Shown here: piece by piece, positions 1 through 11,600 of the stretch
Layout of the letters: each line of letters opens with the position of its first letter
How positions within the stretch are numbered: position 1 is the first letter of the stretch
Assembly: GCA_038496445.1 (NCBI GenBank)
Contig: JALMLS010000627.1
Location: 1-64,000, forward strand
DNA length: 64,000 nucleotides
Direction: 5' to 3'
Source: Trichosphaerium sp. ATCC 40318
Taxonomy: Eukaryota > Protista > Tubulinea
The notes under the pieces: model-generated
What the model was told of the DNA's origin: nothing
Seen by the model: only the letters and a program-made list of their open reading frames with translations
Database searches by the model: none
Made by a program: the position numbers and the translations under genes

Positions 1-191
1 GTTGCAAAGATTGGAGTGTTGGTTTACCTCCACCACCTGTTTCTCCTCCTTTACCTTCTATAAACCCCAAAAATACTTATATTAATAACCAGTTTAGTTC
101 ACTAACTCCACCACCCATATGTAGGTCCAATAGGCAAAGACACAACTATTATTCAGATAATGAAAGCTCAGATGAATGGGGTGAAAATCTA

Positions 192-306
192 CAGTGGTGG
201 AATCAGACAAAATACATGTGCCTCAAATGTGCCATATGTGTGGAAAATAAACATGTCCAAAATGTGCCCAAAACTGTGATTCACATGCTGGCTGATTCCG
301 CCACTG
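192..306. mobile_element. 115-bp MITE, Tc1/mariner-like, copy 1
   Basis: TIRs CAGTGGTGGAATC...GATTCCGCCACTG; flanked by TA on both sides (190-191, 307-308); homologous to 529-644 and 679-778. Confidence 0.75.
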
Positions 307-528
307 TATTTCAAACTATGAAAATCATAATGTAAAAATATACACAACCAAAATCTCAATTCCAGTATTGTTGGTCAGTGGCAAATGTGGTGAATGCTAT
401 CAGTGAGATGAACAAGGACAATTGGTATGTGTTAGTTGTGTTGTTTGTTTGAATATCTGCTAATCTTTTTGTAAATGTTAAACAAGAGTTCAATATGTGT
501 TTTGGTAGTGTTTTACTAAAAACTGCAA

Positions 529-778
529 CAGTGGTGGAATTGGACAAAATACACGTGCCTAAAATGTGCCATTTGCGTGGAAAATAAACGTGCCCAAAAC
601 GTGCCCAAAACGTGCAATTCGCGTTCTGACCGATTCCACCACTGAAAAGGGTAATAGTAGTAAAATCGGAAGTACGTGCAGTGGTGGAATCGGTCAGAAC
701 GCGAATTGCACATTTTGGGCACGTTTTGGGCACATTTATTTTCCATGCAAATGGCACATTTTAGGCACGTGTATTTTA
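529..778. mobile_element. Two further MITE copies in inverted orientation (529-644 and 679-778), forming a ~250-bp palindrome
   Basis: 529-644 repeats the 192-306 unit; 679-778 is its near-perfect reverse complement lacking the distal TIR; 34-bp spacer. Confidence 0.75.
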
Positions 779-848
779 TATTTTGATCATTTCAACAGAA
801 ATATAAATGTTTCTTTTTTAAACACTGTCCACAGTACTGGAATTGGGA

Positions 849-1045
849 TTTTGACCCGTACTAAACCCGTACAGAACCTGTACTTTTGTCCCGTACTTAA
901 CCCATACGGGTTCCGTACTTTTGACCCATACTAAACCCGTACAGAACCCGTACTTTTGACCTGTACTTAACCTGTACGGGTTCCGTATTGTTGACCCGTA
1001 CTCTACCTGTACGGGTTACGTACAGGATCCGTATGGGTAGAGTAC
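849..1045. repeat. 35-bp minisatellite (5 units, two alternating variants) ending in an inverted-repeat hairpin
   Basis: Unit TTTTGACCCGTACTAAACCCGTACAGAACCTGTAC or ...GGGTTCCGTAC; GTACTCTACC...GGTAGAGTAC hairpin at ~997-1045. Confidence 0.85.
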
Positions 1046-1712
1046 AATTAAATAATATGAAAAATTGGATACAGAATATACTCCTCTTTTTCCATACAAT
1101 GTATGTGTACACATATATCACATGTGTGCCAAAACCACAACCATCAGTATACACTTGCAATCAAAAAAAAATTTGGCCATCAAATTTTGTTTGGATTTGG
1201 CAATCAAAAAATCCAAAAAAAAATTACTGCAATTAAATGGCAGCTTGTAATCGTAAAGTACAAAAACATGTATTATTAATAGATGAGGGTGTTTTAAGGT
1301 TATTAGGGCATTTACTTAAAAAGTAGAGGAGAAAACTTAATAAAGTGCAAAATGTAGCTTTTTGCTGAATTTTGTTGTTTTATTGAATAACTTTGGTCTG
1401 ACTGTACGAACTGCTCAGAAATGTAGCATTAGGTATATTTAGGTACAATGCATGGTTTCATGATGGTTTGGGGATCAACTCACCATTTTTAGGCAAAAAC
1501 GACAGAAAATATGTATTTGGAATAGTTTAAGGATATTATGGCCTAATAGCTCTATTAAACCACTTTTTAAAGGCGATTATGGGTTTCAAGCATTTTTCTG
1601 AAGTAGTCGTTAAGTTGTGGATATTAAGTTGGGTTTTAGGACAATTAAGGCATGATGTCTAAAATATCTCCTCAAACAGGTCAAAAACATGGTCATTTAG
1701 TGGTAATGGGGT

Positions 1713-1765
1713 TGTAATGTAATGTAATGTATTGTAATGTGTTGTAATGTAAATGTACTTGTAAT
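1713..1765. repeat. (TGTAA)n imperfect microsatellite
   Basis: tgtaatgtaatgtaatgtattgtaatgtgttgtaatgtaaatgt read directly. Confidence 0.85.
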
Positions 1766-1837
1766 AGTTAAGAAAACAATAAACCAATCCATCGTTTTTA
1801 CTATTTTGTGTACACAATTATAACTGCCGACACATAT

Positions 1838-2047
1838 TTTGACCTGTACCTAACCCGTACGGGTTCCGTACTTTTGACCCGTACAAAACCCGTACGGAAC
1901 CTGTACTTTTGACCCGTACTCAACCCGTACAGGTTCTGTACTTTTGACCCGGATTAAACCCATACGTAACCCGTACTTTCGACCCATACAAAACCCGTAT
2001 GGAATCTGTACTTTTTGACCCGTACTCTACCCGTTCATTATCTGTAC
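1838..2047. repeat. Second array of the same 35-bp minisatellite (6 units)
   Basis: Same TTTTGACCCGTAC-initiated units and same orientation as the first array. Confidence 0.85.
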
Positions 2048-2084
2048 TCCAATTTTAATTACTGCAATTAATACAACAATGGAC

Positions 2085-4508
2085 AACAATATTGTTTGCA
2101 ACATTGTACACTTGCTTTGGTGGATCACGACCTGTTTTGAACAAGATACTTCAATACTGCACTTTGCTGGTACGCCAACGCTTTTTGAGAAGCTGAAAAA
2201 CCTCCACCACTGGTAATCTGTGTTGCATAAGTTAGAAAAAATTACTTATGATTAAGAACGCGTACCTTGGCTTGTGTTTGAATAGAACACACAATTTCTT
2301 GTGGGTTTGGCTTGTATGGGTAATCGAGGAGAGGCAACTAGAACACAATCGTTATTATTACAATAATGATAACCACCAGTGTGCACGTACTTGTGTAGCA
2401 CCAACAGAGGTAACGTATGGACTGTCACCGGGCCAACTGGCTGAGAAAATGTTTTCGTTGTATTGTGGAGGTAGCGCTTCCATTGTGAATCCCTTGATGG
2501 AACATGCTCCAACAGATAATGTAGGAACAGCAGCACAAGAGCAGTTCTAGAACAACCATCAACTTTTAACCAACAACACAAGACGCACAGTTCCAAAGGC
2601 ATTGACACCAGCTTCAGTAGGTTTATAATAACCGCTGCAATTGCCAGCGTTTGATCCTACATTCCACATACCTTGAAATTGTGTCAAGGCACGCCCACAG
2701 TCCGTATTGTAGGTCATCCACTGACTTGCGCAAGCTACGGACTCTGTCAGACAAAAACAAAGGGGGGTAACAGAAGTGGTGCATTATTCGTACATGTAGG
2801 CTCAGCACTGAGCGCACAATCGCAAGCTTGTTGATTTGCAGGGTCGTTACAATAGCCTGAAACACCACTGAACAAATCGAATGCAGCAATCTTATCAAAG
2901 ACATTCAAATCTACGTTAGGAAGAACAAACGCAGCAGTTGCTAGGACAAAAAGAATGAGACAACAAAATAGCATTATTGGCTTTACGACAGAAAGCAAAA
3001 GGACGTACCATCAGAAACAATAAAGGAAGCACAATCACAAGAATCAAGTTCACACTCGTATCCAACGCCAGCCGAATCGGTAGGGCAATATCCATTGAGT
3101 TGGTTGGCAGCGCCTTGATCACCTAGTAGTTTTCCCCGTTGTTAGCAAAATCAAACATGTGCGACAAAGTAAGTACCTGACGATACCATGATACTGATGC
3201 CATTTACAGCTGCCATTTGCATGTACTTATCAGCACGAGCAATGTATTCCGATCCAGACTCACCGCTGGAGCACTGTCCAATCCTTAAAATGTCGTAAGC
3301 ACCGCAGACAAAAAAAAAACCACTTTGTTCTCTTTCAAAAACGAGGTTGTGATGTGACGCACAAGCACTGGTAGGCTTCTGGGAAACCGTATGAAACTGA
3401 AAAGACACGTGGTGCATCAGTGAGAGAGGAGGTCAATGACAATAGCCACTGCAATACCCACTTTTCAGGTGTTTCCCAAAACTCAGTTGTGAGGCCGTGC
3501 CCAGTTGAGGTAATGTACTAAATGTGCAGAGATTAGCCAAAAATTGATGATTGTGCAATAACAAAAGTACAAAATGTACCTGCGCGTCCAAGTCAGATTC
3601 GAGTTCGTCAGTTGGAGTGGTTACATTGATGCCATTGCCAACGTAGGCAAGAAACTGGTTGGGCTCTTCAAACAAAGATTTAAAAGCATACATGCCAGAT
3701 TCAGAATACAAATCGCCAAATGCAGCAATCCCTTGTTTAGCTTTGCCGACTGGAATCTCATACAACGCGTCTGGGATGTTGTACATACTTCTGAGTTTGT
3801 CAGGTGTAATAGGCACATCTACTGGCTGTCTGTAGCCGTTCTTTTGATCTCCAGTTCCTTTATATGCGGTCTTTGGGCCAAAACTTCTAGCCTTGAATTT
3901 GGTCTTGGCAACGTACTCGGATAAACCGTGAACGAGCGCAACTGACTCAGCGATGGCTGCTGGCACAGAAAGTGCTCCCTGTGAACAAAAAAACCGTTAA
4001 TTACAAATGCTACAAATTTTAGACGTTGGGATATGTGGTGGCGTACCTGATGGCGGATGACTACTTTTGATGTCGCCCAGCTGTTGTGGCGAACAGAAAA
4101 CAGTTTAGCTTCGAAAGCGGCTTCAACGTGAGCTACTGGCGCGTTGCACTCAAAGCCATCGAACCGTTGACTGCAAAACTCGTGTAGCGCCACATGCTCC
4201 ATCCATGTACCGACTCTTTCAAAGTGGGCAGTCGCTGGCGCAACCATTGCGTGAATTTGCTCCTGGGTAAGGAATTTTCTGTACTGAGGTGAGGATGGGT
4301 CTGACACTTTTTCGAAGGTTGCATCGAGTACGTCAGCGTTATTAAAGGGCAATAACACAGAAAAGGAAACACGAGAGCTAGGAGGAGCCCGACTAACCGC
4401 TTGCCAGCCAGCTGGTAGCGAGACATCGTTTAACTTACTCCGTGGCATCGCTAAGGTAGCGGCAATTGCAAAACAGACAGCCAACGTAAAAGTAAGCTGT
4501 AGTTTCAT
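2085..4508 (-). pseudogene. Tripeptidyl-peptidase 1/sedolisin (S53) precursor, multi-exon, apparently frameshifted and truncated at the 3' end
   Basis: Signal peptide; prodomain VSDPSSPQYRKFLT; ESDLDAQ (catalytic Glu/Asp); SVSYG; SSGD; WPGDSPYVTSVGATQ; ITSGGGFS. No RxxPD or GTS (catalytic Ser) is seen before the repeat array. Confidence 0.75.
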
Positions 4509-4613
4509 TGTTGAATCGTCGCCTGCGTTGTTTCTAAGGAATTTTGTTGTGATTTTTCGTTTTTAATTAAGTAGGTCCAACTGCAGTTTAAGCGAATAAT
4601 CGTTACATCAGCC

Positions 4614-5375
4614 ATGGGGGACAAAGAAGCCAACGAATTTTACATCCGATACTAGTATCCACAAATACAACCACTGGCCGTGGCCAAAGCAATGCCGATT
4701 TTTTTTTTGTTTTATAACTGTGCTGAAGCACTATATAACCATGGTGATATTTCCTTAACATCCAAGCGTTGGTCACAAGGGTAAATTCGGCCACGAGTTT
4801 CTAGAGTTTGAATTCAGGCCAAATGGCAAGCTGCGCTACGCCAATAACTCTCATTACAAAAATGAAACGATGATCAGAAAAGAGGGTATGTAGTACTCTA
4901 CTACACTTGCGCTTACTAAACCCTGTCTAGTTTTCGTAAACGACGCTGTTTTAGACGAATTGAAGAAAATTATTAGCGACAGCGAAGTGATGAAGTAAAA
5001 ACCCTTTGTCTGTGCGTAATTTCGCTAATATACGCATTTAGAGAGGACGACAGTCAATGGCCAGAGCCAGATTTTGTTGGAAAGCAAGAGCTGGAGATTG
5101 TACTGAACAATGAGCACATCTCCTTTATGGTATATTATACCCCAAATCAATCACTCACTAACTCGACTGTAGACATCAAAAATCGGATCCTTATTGGACG
5201 TTACAGAATCTAAAGATCCAGAAGGACTCAGGACCTTTTACTACCTAGTGCAAGATTTGAAATGTCTTGTATTCGCTCTCATCGGCCTTCATTTCAAGGT
5301 ATGCACTTGTACACGCTGCATCAGAATTAGTCTAACGTTATTAATTAGATCAAACCAGTCCCAATTTTGAGCTAA
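4614..5375 (+). CDS. MAGO: Mago nashi (exon junction complex core), 6 exons
   Basis: Spliced translation [53 protein letters not shown]...[27 protein letters not shown]; absent from the ORF track. Confidence 0.97.
4655..4766 (+). other. Putative U12-type (minor spliceosome) GT-AG intron in Mago
   Basis: Donor GTATCC; TTTCCTTAAC ending 7 nt before the intron end; no polypyrimidine tract; phase 2. Confidence 0.55.
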
Positions 5376-5480
5376 ACGTTTATCACAATAAAGTTAGTTT
5401 TGGGCCCAACCAAAGAAAATACTAATTCGCGTCTCATTGATTGAATTCCATTGTTTATTTATTTTACAAAAGGTGGTAAG

Positions 5481-6722
5481 TTACAGCGTGCAGTGTTTTA
5501 CTATCCAAGGGTGCTCTTTAATCTGGGAGAGCTTCATACGCTTTCCTGGTTCTTTGACAAGAAGCTGAAGAACATGTCAGTCTTTGACACAAGTAGACAT
5601 AAACAATAAAAAACCGACTTGTAAAAAAACCGGTGCGTACCATAGCAATTAGGTCTTGGGCTTCCGCGGACACGTGATCAGGAAAGTGCAAATCGACTTC
5701 CGTGATGCGTTTGTATGTTTCTTGATGGCCTGTGGCTTCGAAAGGAGGCGTGCCTGTTAAAAATTCGTAGCAAAGGACACCAAGCGACCAAATGTCAACG
5801 TGATGATCGTGCGGATTAGCCTACATTACAATCAGAATTTAGGTTTGAATAAAAAGTAGACGAGACATGAGTTAAAAAAAAAATTGCGCACCTCAATCAT
5901 TTCTGGCGGAAGGTAGTCCAGGGTGCCGCAAAGTGTTTCTCTGCGATTGTTAGGAGCGTGTACAGACCACCCAAAATCAGCTAACTTTACTTGGTCGTCT
6001 ATAGACAGTAATAGATTCTCAGGCTACACAAAAACCAAAAGTGTCAATAATGAGAAAGTTGAATTATTAGTTTTTGTAAATGGGTACCTTGATATCCCTG
6101 TGTATCACATGCTTTTTGTGCAAGTAATCTAGCGCGTCAGCTATGCTTAGTATATACTAAAGAGGTTGAGCGTGTAATTACGGCAATTGCGTGCTGTATT
6201 GGCGGGAAATGAACGCTTTAAACACTTCGACTCGTACCTTGGCTGCCTTGGCCTCTGGGAAGCGTTCATTGGCGATTTTTTTAGACACTTGTACAATTCG
6301 CCATTGGCTGCATACTCCAGGATCAAATAAACGCGTTTTTCATCATAAAAGTACCCATACAGCCTCAAGATGTTAGGGTGGCGCAAATGGCTTTGTATCT
6401 CTATTTCACGGCGAAGTTGGTGCTCCACGTCTGACTGTTCAAGCTGACGTTTAAACAGCACTTTAAGAGCCAAAACAAACTTGGAATTCTTCTCTCTGGC
6501 CAAGTAAACGTTACCAAACTTTCCCCTTCCTAACGGCTTGCCAATATCAAAGTCACTTATACACCACCTCTTTTTGTTCCTGCGTCTCTTCACAGGCTAT
6601 AAGGACCATGTTGGGAAAATAATTTAGCGTACTTGAGCTGGTACTTGCTTAGCGCCCTTCCCCATTGACAACGCAGCCACGTTGTTGGTTACGTTCTTTA
6701 ATTCTTGCAGAGGTTTGGACAT
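5481..6722 (-). CDS. AURK: Aurora kinase (multi-exon; one apparent 1-nt indel near 6270-6282)
   Basis: [75 protein letters not shown]. Confidence 0.96.
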
Positions 6723-6733
6723 CGTTACAAAAA

Positions 6734-6750
6734 TTTAAATAATGGCGGGC
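6734..6750 (-). promoter_or_regulatory. Candidate E2F(CDE)-CHR composite element upstream of Aurora
   Basis: Minus strand reads CCCGCC-ATTA-TTTAAA (4-nt spacer), ending 11 nt before the ATG. Confidence 0.35.
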
Positions 6751-6840
6751 TTAAAATTAAGTGCCAGGGTTGGAGACTTAAAAAGACATTTTATTAAGTT
6801 AGCTCATTATCACCGACACTGTCTACAATCAAAAGTAGGT

Positions 6841-7624
6841 TTACAATGCAGCAAGCACTTTTTCAGCTGCTGAGATATCAAGAGCGCCTGGGCTTTCCTC
6901 TTTGAAAAACTTGGAAACCTTACCATCTTCAATCAAAGCTGCAAACCTACCAAACCACATTATTACCACAACGGTAGTACAAAAGTGTTCTTTACCTGGT
7001 GCCTCTGGTGCCAAGGCCAGCCGCTGCTAGGTCAACGTCTTCGCTGATCTTAGCTGTGAACGAGGCGTCAAAGTCGGATAGTAGAGTAACCTGCAAAAAA
7101 AAAAACCGTTGTGAGAAAATTTGTTGCGCTCCTAGATCAGTACCGCTTCATTGGATTTGAGATGCTCTCCAAACGCTTTCATGGTAAAAGGGTCATTGAC
7201 AGCGCTGTAACAGTCAAAGCAAAATAAACGCAAAAATTCAACGGAAAAACTTTTGGATACAGACAATAAATATCAGAGATGCCCTTTGCCTTGAACGACG
7301 CGCTGTGGGTTACATAGCCTGGAATGTGATTTGCGGTACAAACTGGTGTAAAAGCACCTATTTCGCTATTAATTCGCTAATTGCACGATCGACGCATGCC
7401 TGGGATAGATACGAGGACAACTTTCTTTCCAGCAAATAGTTCTTTGCCAGTAACGGTGTTGTTATCAGTGGTACGCAAAACGGCATCCTCTGGAATGGAG
7501 TCGCCAACACTAACGGCAAAGTTGGACATAACGATGTTGGTAATGAGACGCACCTCATGCAACGTGCGCTCGTTTTTGCGTGTACTCGCGCTGAAGCTCG
7601 GGAGAAAGTTCTTGCTAGAAACAT
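6841..7624 (-). CDS. PRDX5: Type II peroxiredoxin (Prx5-like) with mitochondrial-type presequence
   Basis: [54 protein letters not shown]; needs a GC-AG intron at 7358-7399. Confidence 0.93.
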
Positions 7625-7752
7625 GGTCGTGGGAGATGGAAATAAATGGAAAGAATTTAAAGAAAAAAAGACGCCCAAAAAAAAAAACCTCCAGTATTGG
7701 TGGGTCAAACAGGCAACAAACGCGCTACAACCAGTTATATCTGTGAGTTCTC

Positions 7753-8588
7753 ATGCTACGACTACACAGTGTGGCTCTACGCCAACAGAGTGTTAGGGTT
7801 AAAACGCCGCCTGTATCTGCAGCGAAATACCACACTAGCTCACTACGACGCGACACTCCTACCTCGATTTTTCAGCAAGTGTTGAAGGAAACTGATGAAG
7901 AGGGACCTGTACAGGAAACAGACGCCGTAGAAATACCAAAAAACCCTCACCACGTACATGAAATACGAAAATAATAGGTTTTGAGCTAAGTGCGTTTAAG
8001 ATGCCGTATGCAACAGCTAAAAGGAGAGGCTTGCGTGGCAGGACAAAAAAAATGATGTTATTGGCCAGACTCATTAGAAAAATGCCTGTAGATCAAGCCC
8101 TTTTGCAATTAGACGCCAGCCCGCTACGCTTGTCTGTTCCTTTAATGACAGCGGTTAAACAAGCAAAGAACAATGCCATTGCAAATCACAACATGGACCC
8201 AAAGAAATTAATCATCCGTGCGTATTGAGATTTGTTATCATCGTTTGACATTTTGTCGGTGCAGGAGGCGTTTTGTCATTAAAAGGAGAATTGTCTCCAA
8301 GACCAGGTAATCAACCACACTTTGCGTAAATCCTGTTTAACTTAAATTCATGTAGTGTTCTGTGCAAAGGGTAGAACGGGCATGCGACACGTTGAGACAT
8401 ACCACCTTGAAGTTCAAGTGCGCGAGGTACTGCTTTTGGAACAAAATTGTTGCGCAATTGATATGAAATAACAGTGGTTTGTTTAGAGACACCCTTCAGA
8501 AGAAAAAGATAAAAAACATACAAAACATTATATGATGCCACCATACATGTACAGAAGCGAAGCGCCAAGCATACCCGCTGCCAACTAG
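7753..8588 (+). CDS. MRPL22: Mitochondrial ribosomal protein uL22m
   Basis: Arg/Ser-rich presequence; KKMMLLARLIRKMPVDQALLQL, VKQAKNNA, AKGRTG...HLEVQVRE. Confidence 0.85.
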
Positions 8589-8662
8589 TAAACTCAGCCC
8601 TTTGTACAATTCCGACCTCATTTTTATTCGGACAACCACACACGTGGTTTCTTTTCTTTTTT

Positions 8663-11600
8663 TTATTTTACATCGGGGCGGAAGGCGCGCAACGCAGCGA
8701 GGCAACACTGTGCAACGCCAGGCTGGCTAAAATTCATAATGGTGCGCCGAGAAGAGGCGGTGTCTGTTGATACTCTACTGATCTGTATCGACATTTCTGA
8801 AATCTTGGAGAACGTCAACTGCATAGGATTGGTCACTCTGTAAATAACAGTGTCGCTCTCTACAAGCACAACGCCAACTGAGGGATTGACGAGCAATACG
8901 CTCGGCGGGCTAGGGAAAACTTGCCAGTTGCTATCGCCGTTCGCAATCTTGTCTTGATATTTTAGCAGAGCATAAACCGCTGGCCTTCGCAAACGTCGTG
9001 GTCGCTTCCTGGTTGGTATAAACCCCTCAACTGCGAGTACTGCCTTACTCGTGTTTGAGACAAGATCCAATGCGCCCTCTACGATAAAATAATGAGATAT
9101 AGCCAATTGGTTTTAAAATCATGAGTTGCCGTGCCTAGCGGTCGTGTAACAACCCCTGTCAATCCTCGCATTAGGCCCCAAGCGAATCCTGTCAGACCAT
9201 TTTGTGCCGTGCCAATTACAGGCTCTGTTGGGTTATTTGTGAGTGCATGGTAAAAATCAAATCATTACTATCGAACCTTCAACTAAACCAACAACTGCAT
9301 CGCCAATAGCATAAACAAATTGTGTAACGCCGCCCGTCACCAGGCCACTAAAGGTCGGTATTTCATTAGTGGAGCTTGACCGCCTAAAGATTACTGTAAG
9401 ACACGTGACACGTGTTGTAGACAAGTTGTTTGTGCCTGCGCCGAGGTGATGCCTGTTTAAGCAGCCTTGAAGCACCTACAAGTAAAAAAGTGAGCTAATG
9501 AGATACATGCTTTGTTCTGTACTCTCTGAGAATCCACCCACGGATGAAAAAATGCCGGCGGACGCATTCCTACACTAACATTACAATGCGAAGCACTCAT
9601 AAATATTTGTACCGCAAAAGGGACTCAGTGCCATAGTAAGTGCCTTGCATAAACCCTGTGATACCATTCCGCATTCCCCTAGACAAACTGCGTCAGTCTT
9701 GCGCATTGAGGTACAAGCACGGTACTGGATAGGCATTATGCAAAAGTCTGAGAGGCCTGTGGATATGCGACGCAAAATCAAAACTGGATTGCCTAGCAGC
9801 TCGAGAGAACCAAGAAGTGCTGGTGATTTGGAAGCGAGATCGTGAAAGTACTTGTCAACAAAGTGTTGCAGTAAAAAAGGCACGTCTGTGGTGTTGTCAA
9901 GTATTGACACTGCATCAAAGGCGATCCACGTGTCACGCAATGAGAGCGTGCGCCATGTTACCGTGAGATATATTTCTATTCTTGAAACGTGCAATTCTGA
10001 TATCTGCAACACAAATTTGTTGTACCAACGCTCTGGACCAACGATTGCCTGGTATTGTGGTCGCGGTCGACGTCTGTTCTCTGTTGTTTCCTCGTTTCGT
10101 GACATGCGTAAAGGCAAGTGCTGTATCCATGACATGACCATGGCGTCTGTAATATACACTGAAAATTCGCCAATGAGAACGTCAAAAGATTTTACACGCA
10201 AAATTCTTGCTTCCGTGTATGGGTGCAACGACGACTGTGCTATACATGATACAGAAACCCCTTGCTGTTGGGTATCATCACGATGAGACGCCTGCCGTGT
10301 ACACATCACCACAGGGAAGTGCTGTTGCTGGTCGTGTTGCTGTAGGGCGGGTTGTCCATCATCAATTGAGTAGTTATCGACCTGCACCGCACTCATTCGA
10401 ACTGATGTCCCATACTCCGTCACACTGTGCCCACTTTCTGTTGCTGTGATTGTGCGTTTGGTGTCTAGGTCAATGTGTCAGTTGACCATTACTAATGCAC
10501 GTGCCAATACGGTAAAAAATAAATAGTAAACTTGGTGTTGCGTACGTGCAGCCAGAGCTGTCAGAACAATATTTAAAAACTCTTGTTGGTCGTGCAGCAA
10601 GGAAACAGAAAGCGATCCAATACTCGCTCTAAACGAGTATTCCCAACCAATGTTGGATGTTGCAGGCACTGTTTCGAGTTCCTTTTTCGTGTCTTTGACA
10701 TCACCGTGCCTGATTACGACTACATTCAGCGTCCCCATCATCTTAGAAGAAAAAGGGTAAGGATAGGGCACCAATAGTATTACGTTACTCACCATGGACT
10801 TGTGTTCTGCATAAAATGGAGCCTCTAGCACCACGTCCTGTTGTCGGCCAATCTTGAGTGTGCCAAGAGGCTCCATCGACGACAACTGTACGGATATGGA
10901 GCACGTGTTGCCTTCTTGAACAATCCAAGACTTCCATTGACCCGCTCTCAGTGGAGCCGTGAGTGCAGTAGACATCAAAAAGAGGTCGTAAGGAGAGCGG
11001 TTGTCAACAATAAAAGTAGGCACATTTTTTTCAGACAGATATGTAGTCATTATACGGCTGTGCTCCACGCTGTTGCAGGATATCAATGCAGACCCTGAAT
11101 GTATTGGTAGAGTAGTGTCAAGTGATGCACTTAAATCAAGCGTCGCGGTTTGATTAGGCACATCTACAGCCGCCACTGAGAGCTAGGGGAGGTACAAATG
11201 TGAGTACAGGATTTACATGCCAATTCAGTTTAGCGTACTGCGGTGTTAAGTGCGTGAAGACGCTTAGGTACCCATCCTGATGGAAAGATAGACTTTCCAG
11301 GTTCAACTAAGAAATTGATGGGTTAGCTAGCTGACTGAGGTAAACAACAATTGCCTAACCTTGCCAACTCCTATTTGTGCCAACAGACGTCAATACCAGC
11401 TTCTTGTTGGTTGCATTGATGACAGCGTATCTATGGCGGATATACACGTCAATCGAGAATCCGTCACCTGGCTTTGATACAGCTACACGCAGGACGTATT
11501 GATGATAGTCACCAGATTGGTTACTTCTCAAGGTTAATATCTTGTCGTCGATACTGTGCTGCACGTTGATGGGATTGGACCAATAGTCTGATGGTGTTGT

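Noticed and set aside
356-1250. ORFs in the track (MPFAWKINVPK... on both strands)
   Set aside because: They are by-products of the inverted MITE pair and the minisatellite.
849-2047. CRISPR array (35-bp periodicity, palindromic units)
   Set aside because: Units are contiguous with no unique spacers, there are no cas genes and the context is eukaryotic.
2747-2998. Separate small secreted Cys-rich protein (MLSVVKPIMLFCCLILF...)
   Set aside because: The apparent signal peptide is intron sequence; the rest is an internal exon of the sedolisin.
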